Assembly (NCBI GenBank): GCA_004764695.1
Contig: SMSO01000031.1
Location: 8,724,761 to 8,788,760 of the forward strand
DNA: 64,000 nt
Direction of reading: 5' to 3'
Origin: Schizochytrium sp. TIO01
Taxonomy: Eukaryota > Protista > Bigyra: Labyrinthulomycetes
Below the pieces are notes generated by a model. It saw only the letters and a list, made by a program, of their open reading frames with translations, made no database searches and was not told where the DNA came from. Positions 55,726-64,000 of the stretch are shown in pieces. A program made the position numbers and the translations under genes. The stretch's first letter is position 1; each line of letters starts with the position of its first letter.

Positions 55726-56966
55726 TGAGTGCGAAGACAGGCAATTGTGAAATCCGTGTTCCTGATGTAAATAGGAATTATTCAAGCATTAGAATATGCC
55801 CCACTCAGAAAAGATGACCTCTATTAACCCCCCCCTTAGGGCATGACTGTATCATGGCAAAACCAAACTCTGGTATGTTTCGTTCGAAGTATAACTCTAA
55901 ATCTAATTTTACTTACTTCCTTTAAGCATTTCCAGCTCAAAAAAAGAACAACTTGATGAATTGGGACTTTCCTTTAATTGTTTGGCGTGCGTACTCCGTG
56001 AGCTATTTTCTCGCTCGTTTCCTATTTTATCATCTGACATTTTCCAGAAAATATAAAGGGGCAGATTTTTCAGATGTCCAAGTACACGGCTAGTAAGAGC
56101 AACAAGGAAAGTATGATTTAGACATTACAGCGATGCCGAAATGTGCAAGGCATAAATTTATCAAGATAAAAGTGAAGTTTGTAGCCTGCAACAAAATAAT
56201 AAAGTTACGAGGTAACAATTTAAAAAGGTCTATCAGAGATCTCATTACATTCATTCATTATGTGATAGTAGTTAGGAGAAATGCTTCGCTCTAGGCACCA
56301 TGAACATTGTCAGGCATGCAATTACAATTGGCTGGATAAGGCCAACAAAGAGAGAAAACAAAAATGATTCTCTGACAGCTGGTCTGAAGGACGAAGTGAT
56401 CCTGGCTTTTTAAAATTTAAAAGGCTAAGAGACGAAATTTGCCAATGCGAAAGCTAGGGATTGAACTATTCATCAATTCCTTACATAGAATTGTAAGTTC
56501 TTAAAGTGCTGAAAGCAAAGTTCATCATAAAGCAGTCAATGTACTCGCTGCATCCGAAATCAAAGAATTGAGATGTTTTCCAGAAAAGTACTCAATCCAG
56601 AGTTAAGCTCCATTATTTTTCTCCGCAATCCAAGATCTCAAGGATTTAGAAGCTAGTCCCTTGCTATCCCGACAATAAAACTCATTTTGCATTACCCTAT
56701 AATCACCTCAACGTAGAAAAATGATAGCAAAGAGAGGTCATGACAGCAAAGAGATAAAAGATGTGAGGTATAAGGGTAGTAGAGACGAATGTGAAACGGG
56801 GATATATGTATGTGAGTGCATTTGCCATCGCTGGTAGTTCGAATCCTTGGTTTGTTGTTAACGATGTTGTTTTGTTTTCTGTTTCGTGACGAAGGTTTAG
56901 CTTGTGAATTTCCCGCCGATTGAGATTATTGTGCGTTTTAATGCGGGGACACAAGGTTAATTTCAA

Positions 56967-58145
56967 TTATGCATCTTTCTTATCCTCCTTTGAGACAGAA
57001 GCCGCGGAACTCGAGGAGGACCTCGCGCCGTCCAACAACGCTGGCCCTCCTTCGGCAGCGGCAGTCGAAGCGGAAGAAGAAGAAGCTGACATTGGCACTC
57101 CTGAGATCCTTGCTTCGTCAGGCCGAGCACGACCTGCAGCAGTTCGGACATCAATCACGAGCACAGTCACATTGTCCATTGATCCCTGCGCAAAGGCTTC
57201 TTGCGTGAGGATCTCTGCGCCGTCCTGTGCATCCTTACAGTTAAGCAAAAGACGGCCTACATCGTTATTATTCACAACATCCCAAAGACCGTCCGTGGCA
57301 AGTACCAAATACATATCTTCAGGTCCACATTCCCACTCCTTAAACTCTGGGTCCGGGATGACATATTCTTTCAAGAGGCGATCTCCAATAGCGCGGGAAA
57401 CGGCGAGGATACCCTCCACTCGCCAAACTCCCCAGTGTACCACTGAGCCTCCTAATTTTGCAATACGATCCCGCTCATCATTGCGATCAGGCTTGTGGTC
57501 CTTAGACAATGGAAGTACGTGGCCATTTCGCTGCACCAGCACAGCGCGAGAATCTCCAGCATTGGCTACAACAAAGGTATTGCCGTGGGCCAGAGCGACA
57601 AGGGCGGTGGTGCCATCGTCCATCTTCCGAACGTGCGCATATTCTAAGAATTTGGCGTCAATTGCCTTAAATGCGTGTGACAAAGCTTGCTGAGGTCTGA
57701 CAGCAACATCAGTGGGAGCTTCAGAAAGCATGGCACCGAGGTACTCTGCGCAGAACTGGGCAGCTGCATCTCCTCCGTGGCCGTCAAAGACTCCATAAAG
57801 GGTCAATTCCTGGTTTCCATTTAGGCGGGGGACGACCGTGTGCCGGTCTTCCATGTATGGTCGCCTTCCTTTGAGTTCCACAACTCCATATCCATGTACG
57901 GCACCTTCCACACGCTTGGGCATAAAAAGACCAGGTGACATAACATTTCCGCGTTGAAAGACAACGCGCTGTAGAAACGAAATCCAGCGCAGCACAAGCC
58001 GCAGAGCCAGAATAACAATAGGAATTAACACAATGATTGCCAGGGGGTGTCGCTCGCTCAGGAGTGCCGAAATAGGGCTAAACATCCAACCGCTCGGTGG
58101 GGTTGAGGAAAATCCTGCATCCTTAGAACCTGCCGTGTCTACCAT
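56967..58145 (-). CDS. PP2C (PPM) protein phosphatase with N-terminal TM helix
   Basis: 'GRRPYMED', 'VFDGHGG', 'ANAGDSRAV', 'DHKP', 'LAVSRAIGD', 'ATDGLWD', 'GSMDNVT'. Confidence 0.95.
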   Translation of the reverse strand: MVDTAGSKDAGFSSTPPSGWMFSPISALLSERHPLAIIVLIPIVILALRLVLRWISFLQRVVFQRGNVMSPGLFMPKRVEGAVHGYGVVELKGRRPYMEDRHTVVPRLNGNQELTLYGVFDGHGGDAAAQFCAEYLGAMLSEAPTDVAVRPQQALSHAFKAIDAKFLEYAHVRKMDDGTTALVALAHGNTFVVANAGDSRAVLVQRNGHVLPLSKDHKPDRNDERDRIAKLGGSVVHWGVWRVEGILAVSRAIGDRLLKEYVIPDPEFKEWECGPEDMYLVLATDGLWDVVNNNDVGRLLLNCKDAQDGAEILTQEAFAQGSMDNVTVLVIDVRTAAGRARPDEARISGVPMSASSSSASTAAAEGGPALLDGARSSSSSAASVSKEDKKDA

Positions 58146-58580
58146 TCTCTCGTATTTCTAAGTTCTTTTTCTCTTTGCCTGTGCCTTAATTTTGCTCTTT
58201 GTGGAGGTTCTCGTTTTCGTGTGAGGATCTTAGGAACTAGCCCTGCGAGGAAGAGTCGCGTACCTTCCGTCTCCGATCAGATCCTTGTTGTCCACTGCAC
58301 CTCTAATCGCTTTTTATAAAGTCCACAAAGTATATCTTTGCTCTTTATCTGATCGGGGCTTGTTGTTGTTGTTGTTGTTGCCTGGCAGTCTCGTTGTGGG
58401 GAACTAAAAGCCAAAACCAGAAAGCGAGATTTTGGAATAGCAACACCTCTGCACACCAGCAGAGCTAGAATTATAAATTCGTACAATGATTTTCAACGCG
58501 TCAAGAGCGCTCAAATCCAGCAACAGAAGGCAGATATTCCACTTGCTTGTAGTAAACGATGCGTAACGAGAGTTTCCCAG

Positions 58581-58581
58581 T

Positions 58582-58612
<31 letters not shown>
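58581..58612 (+). repeat. (GCA)n microsatellite upstream of PP2C
   Basis: About ten GCA units read directly. Confidence 0.9.
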
Positions 58613-58613
<1 letters not shown>

Positions 58614-59559
58614 TAACGCAACAAAAAAGAAAAAGAAAAGCAAAAAGAGCAGGAGCTTTCTATTATCTATCGATTCGTGAGGCCCAGGGTTGCTCTTCGA
58701 TATCTATCTCGGCGATCGCAACGAAGCTCCGATCTTACCAGATGCCCACGTCGCGTCCGTAGCCCGCTGTGGAGGTCCTCGGTGGATCGCAGACGAGGGG
58801 TAGTAATGATTCTACGCGAGTGTCAAGCGAAAGAAAGAGAGGAAAAAGAACAAACGAACGAATGATTTAGTCAAGTCAATGAATGCGCTGAGTGAGTCTG
58901 ACCTGGCGGCCGGCGCCCACACTGTCACTGGTGCAGAGCAAGATCGATCTCAGATGCTCCCTCGAGGCGTAAAAATCCCGTGGCTCAGCGAGTCGCGGTC
59001 TTTGCCGGCACTACTGCTCCTCAGCTCCGGCAGCGAGCAGAGTTGTGGCAATGCCAGCCCGCGCATGCTGCTTCTCCGGCCTCACTAACGGGGTTCCACA
59101 AGTTCCAAATGTTCTAAATGTTCAGCATCAAGGCTCCGGGATCCTCGGAAATCCTCGTGGCTCTCCGCGCTGTCCGGGCCAAAAGGGTCTGCGAAGCGCC
59201 AGACCGCACCCCGGCCGTGCAGCGGGGATCAGGGCAAAATATGCCGCCAGCCCGGCCAATTTTGGCTGAGAATTCATCGAAAAGGCGCCCCTTTCGGCTC
59301 ATCAGAGCTTGCCACGTGGGCACTCATATATGCTATGTGAAGATGGTTCATGTGCTCTCTATTTCGGTGACCTGGCGCCGCAAACCTCGAATTCGTTCTG
59401 CCCAAACGAGATGAGGTTCGAGGGCCTGCGCTGCCATGGCCGAGCTCCGGTCGCCTGCTTCGGGGTTGTGCGCCGGGGTCTCGGTTTTTGGTCCTTTGTG
59501 TACATGCACGTGTGTATTATGAAGAAGATTACACGAGTGAGACCAAAGAGTGAATGTCG

Positions 59560-59609
59560 CATTGCATTGCATTGCATTACATTACATTACATTCATTACA
59601 TTCATTCAT
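59560..59609 (+). repeat. Degenerate (CATTG/CATTA/CATT)n microsatellite
   Basis: Read directly from the sequence. Confidence 0.8.
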
Positions 59610-59916
59610 CGCGGTGTGTCCTTCGTTTTCAGGGGTCGTGCCTCAAACAGATCTCGCTCCGCAAGTTGACTTCATCAAGACCGGAACCCTCGTGAGACGC
59701 ATGAGATAATAGCTTACGCGAGCAGAGCGGACTTCTCAAAGGGACACGATTCTTCGCCATCGATGCGAAATGTGCAAACTTGGGATCGCGGAAACTCCAC
59801 GCATGAAAACGTTAGAGGTTACGTAACTTCCGAATGGAAGTTTTTATTTCATGGAGGTGATATGTTAGAGTTATTTAGGCCTTTGCTAAGAGGTGGGGGC
59901 GAGGTAAGAAAATGGC

Positions 59917-60390
59917 ACGGCTAAGGAACCACCAGCACAGACGGAGGAAGCCAGCAAAGTAATTCAACCAAAAGCCTGGCGTCTCAGCAAGTAAACTTCC
60001 GGCGTTCCACTGGAAGAAACTGCATCATCGCATCTATGGATGCGGCTCCGGAGCCCGCGAGCAACGCAGCACTGACCGTACCATTATCTACGGCATGCAC
60101 CAAGCAAAAGGGGAACTTCAAATGTCTGATTGGTGATCTCCAGGGTGTTTATTCAGACGCCTCTGATGTCTATAAAGACATCGGCAGAGAGATCAACTTC
60201 AGGAGGCCGGACATGTTCGCCCTAGCGGACGATGCCTGCCTGTGACAGCTGCGGACTTAGTCATGCATCAGTATTAACTTGTGCGAATCGCCATCGACCT
60301 CCTTGAGCACCTTTTTCGAAAGAGTAAATGTCAAACTTCTGGTGTACGGCCAAGCTGCACACGCAGGAGACTCCAACACCTTACACAGGA
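59917..60390 (+). pseudogene. tnpA: IS607 TnpA serine recombinase relic
   Basis: 'FNQKPGVSASKL', 'TIIY', 'TKQKGNFKCLIGDLQGVYSDASDVYKDIGREINFRRPDMFALAD', 'LVRIAIDLLEHLFRK' across frameshifts and stops. Confidence 0.85.
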
Positions 60391-60419
60391 ACCATATTTG
60401 TTGACAAAATCTAAACTAA

Positions 60420-60860
60420 CTTGGCGAAAAACTATGCCTACCTACGCGCACTCCTCAAAATCACAAACAAGACTACCGAAATTCACCATAAGTTTACACA
60501 TTGGCTCTGTGAAAACTATCGCATTATTTATTCTTTTACCTAAATTTGACACCTCCTAGATAGTCAACAAGTTGACAAGACGGGACAAAAGCAAGTCGGT
60601 TCGAGTGATGTGTCGTTGGGCCATTTTAGCTTTGCCAAGCGTCCATTCACAAACGCGAGCTTTTCCTCTGGTGAAGACTTGTTATTTGCCGAGGGGATTA
60701 CACCTCAAAAACATGCAACGCAAGTGTGACCAGCTAAGATAAGCTCGAAACATCCAACTTGAAGGTTTTCAAATGCCCAAAATACAATCATGTAGCCGAT
60801 CTTGATATCCACACCGTCAAAGGCATCCTTCTGCGCTATCTATCCGGGGACATGATCTAA
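60420..60860 (+). pseudogene. Fanzor2/TnpB relic, C-terminal half
   Basis: 'YAYLRALLKITNKTTEIHHKFTHWLCENYRII / ILLPKFDTS*IVNKLTRRDKSKSVRVMCRW / IHKRELFLW*RLVICRGDYTSKTCNA / LKVFKCPKYNHVADLDIHTVKGILLRYLSGDMI*'. Confidence 0.9.
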
Positions 60861-61509
60861 AAATTGTCTTTGAATTGTGGGTCACGTTTTAAACCTGTGA
60901 TTGGGCCTTAAACCACTTTGTCGCCATAGAAAATGCAAATTTTGCAAATTTTATAGGTGAATTACTAAGTGTTCACACTGGGCTTATGTTCCAAATGTTC
61001 ACAACGGACAAATTCGCGTTATAAGAGAAGGGATGGCGTACGCAGCGAAGCAGAGAAAATCACCTTCCAGGGTAGCCCTTGGAGAATTGGTGTTTGGAGT
61101 ACAGATGCAGAGGAAACCAATTCGAGCTTAGTTTGTTTGTGACGCTTTCTAGATGGTACATATATGTGCATTAGCTTTGAGATAGCTTGGGTAAAGGTAG
61201 CTGAGAAAAAGAGGAGGGGGTTGGTGTTTCTTGTTTCTTATTACAAAACAAAGTCCTCTGCTTTCCGCTTTGTTATACAGGCACGGCAACTCCTAGAAGA
61301 AGAGTAGGGCACTGGTTTGGGTCTAGCGGAACGTTAGTGCGAAGAAAGTAGTTCCGTCTCGCGGACCTCGGAAGCTGCAGGACTTAAGCAAGAGACTTTG
61401 CTGTTTATGCGCGGGAGGGAGCGAATCAAGAAACGCTCTGCTGTTTGAAGAGAAAGACATTTATTCCTCGTAGCGCAAACCACGTGAGTGACTGTCAACT
61501 ACATAAATC

Positions 61510-62589
61510 ATGGTGTGTCGCAAGACCTTGTGGGTCGCCCAGGTGAATGTGTATGTGTTGGTGGTGATTGCTGTGCTCTTGTGCGTACACGTCCAGGGAC
61601 AGAGCGTTGGAGCGGATGTGGCAGACCCCATTCGCGCTGCAGCTGCGGCAGGTATTGACCTTAATGCAGTCATCATGGACAGCGACTTATCCAAGCCTTT
61701 GGAGAGCTCCCCCGTTCCCAATGTGCCAACCAATGATCAGAAAAAGAAAGATAATAGTACCAATGCTCGCATTGAAGCGCAACGCGTAAAGACAATTTCT
61801 GAAGGCCAGAAGTTGCGTGAAGAAGCACGCAAGAAGGCATTTGAGCGTGCAAAGCAGGCCCGAGAAGGTCTCACGGTTCGTGATAACGAGGAAGAAGCAC
61901 CTCAACGTGGTGGTATGGAAAAGGCTGAATGGCATGCTGCTCAAAGGGAGCATCGACGCAAAATGCGGCATAGAGTGCTACAAGATGCTGCTGAAGAAGA
62001 ACGCCAAGCACAGCTTGAGAAAGAACGTACAACTCGTGGACGAAGGTTGCAAGAAAAAGAAACCCCGCCTACTTGCTATGATGGCAAAGCGTCTGATGGT
62101 TTTGATACCGATGTTGACTGTGGTGGTGAGTGTCGCGATATTGAAGCTCTTGATCACGGGCTTCCATTTCTCTTAAGGTGCACCTTTGCGCAAAAGTGTA
62201 ATGTGAACAGTGATTGCATTAGCGGGTCATGCGAAAGCAATCACTGTGCAGCTCAAACTCCTCTACAGTTTTCTAGCTCGGAGCAGCTCATGCGTTACAT
62301 GCACAAGGCTTTTTTCCAGATCAGCGCTGATAAAAATTCGACAATGCTTTCTCCAAGCGATGTGAGTCGCTTTTTCAGTCTTGCGTTGAATCCTGACCAG
62401 GTTTCGTTAACTACCGCTCAATCAGAAATTGTAGAAACCGCTCTTGCGGATTACCAGCTTAAGCAAGGCTTAGTTAATTCCACCATGCCACTTGCATATG
62501 GTTTTCTCACGCGGGGTGCAAGTGTGGAGGTTGCAGAAACAATCATTGCTGCCAATAAGGCTCTTTCGCAGACTCGCCGCGAGCTGTGA
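61510..62589 (+). CDS. Secretory-pathway protein: signal peptide, coiled coil, 'DxDCGG' Cys-rich module, C-terminal RREL
   Basis: Hydrophobic N-terminus, charged helical region, 'CYDGKASDGFDTDVDCGGEC...CTFAQKCNVNSDCISGSCESNHC', and a KDEL-like terminus. Confidence 0.72.
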   Translation: MVCRKTLWVAQVNVYVLVVIAVLLCVHVQGQSVGADVADPIRAAAAAGIDLNAVIMDSDLSKPLESSPVPNVPTNDQKKKDNSTNARIEAQRVKTISEGQKLREEARKKAFERAKQAREGLTVRDNEEEAPQRGGMEKAEWHAAQREHRRKMRHRVLQDAAEEERQAQLEKERTTRGRRLQEKETPPTCYDGKASDGFDTDVDCGGECRDIEALDHGLPFLLRCTFAQKCNVNSDCISGSCESNHCAAQTPLQFSSSEQLMRYMHKAFFQISADKNSTMLSPSDVSRFFSLALNPDQVSLTTAQSEIVETALADYQLKQGLVNSTMPLAYGFLTRGASVEVAETIIAANKALSQTRREL

Positions 62590-63119
62590 TCCTTTACTGT
62601 ACTTGCGGTCGTGTTCTTGATGCCCAGTTTTGAATTCTAGCCAAACGTGTTCACACAACTCCTAGATATGCGCGATGCCCTTGTCAGTCTTGCCGTCTCT
62701 TCATCTCCTTTGCTTTGTTTTTGCTTTCGTTGTCATAAATTACTTTCTTAGAAGGAGTCAAAGCAACGAAAATTTTTCACATTTTATGTCTACACTTTTA
62801 CAACACAATGCAAAACACATGCGTGGTGAGACATTTACCTCTATATAAATTTGAATAATTAGGTTATGGCTCAAAGTTAAGACCGAAAACGACACATATT
62901 GTAAATTTGCTCAAAGGGATTATGATTATCCTTTCTTGTAAAGAAGTGAATTACAAAGACGACAAATATATGTTTTTTAGATAAACGACGCTTTTTATTT
63001 TTGTACTAGGTGAGTGGACAGCAAGTTAATTAACCTACTGCCAGCTGTCGGCTATCATATTCACGCAAATACCCGCCGGGGTTTTTTGAGATATCACGAT
63101 GTTCGCTGACGTGGTTTAC

Positions 63120-63971
63120 CTATGGCAAAATGCTTTCCACAATCTTTACAACGACATCTATGGGAGCGTTGGTAAACATGGTCGCAGGGTACATACACTC
63201 ACCCCAGCTTGGGTGGAGGGCAACGTGGCATCCGCCGGCCGCAAAGGTAGGGAAATTGCGTAAACGAACAAGTCCATTAATATCCGGGTACACGGTGTTG
63301 CCATTTGACAGCATGGGAAGACCACAACACGGATCGGTGAAGTCAGCCCAGTAACCTTTAGCCTTGGTCGCTTCCGCAAATCGCTCAGCGAGGCGCACAA
63401 ATCGCTCCAAGCAGTCATCTTTAATCTTGGCAGTTTCCTCATTCACTGCAAGAGTGCTCAGAAGTGTTTTTTGCACAGTAGGCACAACCTTAAAGTCAGC
63501 AGGGTTAAACTTGTGCTGCTTCAATGCGTCGCGAAAGACGACTTTCAGGTCCCGGATCAGTGATCGTGGGGCCTCGTGAATGGAGAGGTCCCAGGTGGTG
63601 TCTTCAAGAACGAACGAGAACAACTGTTCCTGCAACGATGGAGATTTCGTTTCGTCGCTCGAGCTATTAATCGAGGTAGAACTCGTGCTTGATGCGTGAG
63701 CTGTCGGGGAGGCAGGTAGACCAGCAACGATGCGCATGTCTTCCACACCTTCGACCACAAGGTCGAATTCGTCCTGGACATCTTCTGCACCATCACTGAT
63801 GACATCTTCATCTTGGGGGGCAAGCATCGCCTTGAAGACCTCCTCTTTCATGGACTCAGAAAGAACAGAGCTGCTGAAGAGGAGATCGTCTTCGCTGTTT
63901 TCCACATGGTCCACAGTGTTGTTCTCCTTGTTGTTGACACTAACCACGTCAAGGCGGTTATTGGAGGCCAT
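63120..63971 (-). CDS. MMADHC: Cobalamin trafficking protein CblD (MMADHC-like)
   Basis: 'KDDCLERF', 'GYWADFTDPCCGLP', 'GGCHVALHPSWG...YPATMFTNAP'. ATG at 63971 is close to the window edge, so an upstream exon is possible. Confidence 0.88.
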   Translation of the reverse strand: MASNNRLDVVSVNNKENNTVDHVENSEDDLLFSSSVLSESMKEEVFKAMLAPQDEDVISDGAEDVQDEFDLVVEGVEDMRIVAGLPASPTAHASSTSSTSINSSSDETKSPSLQEQLFSFVLEDTTWDLSIHEAPRSLIRDLKVVFRDALKQHKFNPADFKVVPTVQKTLLSTLAVNEETAKIKDDCLERFVRLAERFAEATKAKGYWADFTDPCCGLPMLSNGNTVYPDINGLVRLRNFPTFAAGGCHVALHPSWGECMYPATMFTNAPIDVVVKIVESILP

Positions 63972-64000
63972 CTTCAATAGTATATGTTCTACAAAGATGC

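Larger units (their letters stand above)
59871..60964 (+). mobile_element. Decayed, internally deleted IS607-type element (TnpA + Fanzor2), copy 2
   Basis: Shares the left end, internal blocks and right end with 32629-33459, in the same orientation. Confidence 0.88.

Noticed and set aside
56835-56850. GTTCGAATCC tRNA T-loop motif
   Set aside because: No T-stem, acceptor stem or cloverleaf around it.
62587-62640. UGA read-through (selenocysteine) of the 61510 ORF, prompted by the nearby SBP2 gene
   Set aside because: The ORF ends in a KDEL-like RREL, there is no redox motif at the UGA, and no SECIS was recognised.

Overview
Gene-dense, intron-poor eukaryotic nuclear DNA, probably from a thraustochytrid/labyrinthulomycete stramenopile. 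This is an inference from GT-AG introns, a ciliary TMEM231 gene, and a mitochondrial insert that avoids TTA-Leu as expected for the Thraustochytrium mitochondrial code. It holds about 19 protein genes: DAG lipase, a double-cytidylyltransferase/GHMP-kinase fusion, TKL kinase, nicastrin, CHD remodeller, CMC2, ATG1/ULK, a Cys-rich secreted J-protein, TMEM231, divergent RPS10/RPL23, SECISBP2, ankyrin protein, PP2C, MMADHC and several unknowns. The main hidden feature is missed by the ORF track: two dispersed, decayed copies (~32629-33459 and ~59871-60964) of an IS607-type transposon. Each carries a serine-recombinase TnpA relic and a Fanzor2 (TnpB-like RNA-guided nuclease) relic, with conserved left ends and a conserved right end that is the candidate omegaRNA scaffold. 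A chimeric cob+nad5 NUMT lies at ~36123-36390. All protein identifications come from motif recognition by eye; no searches were run.
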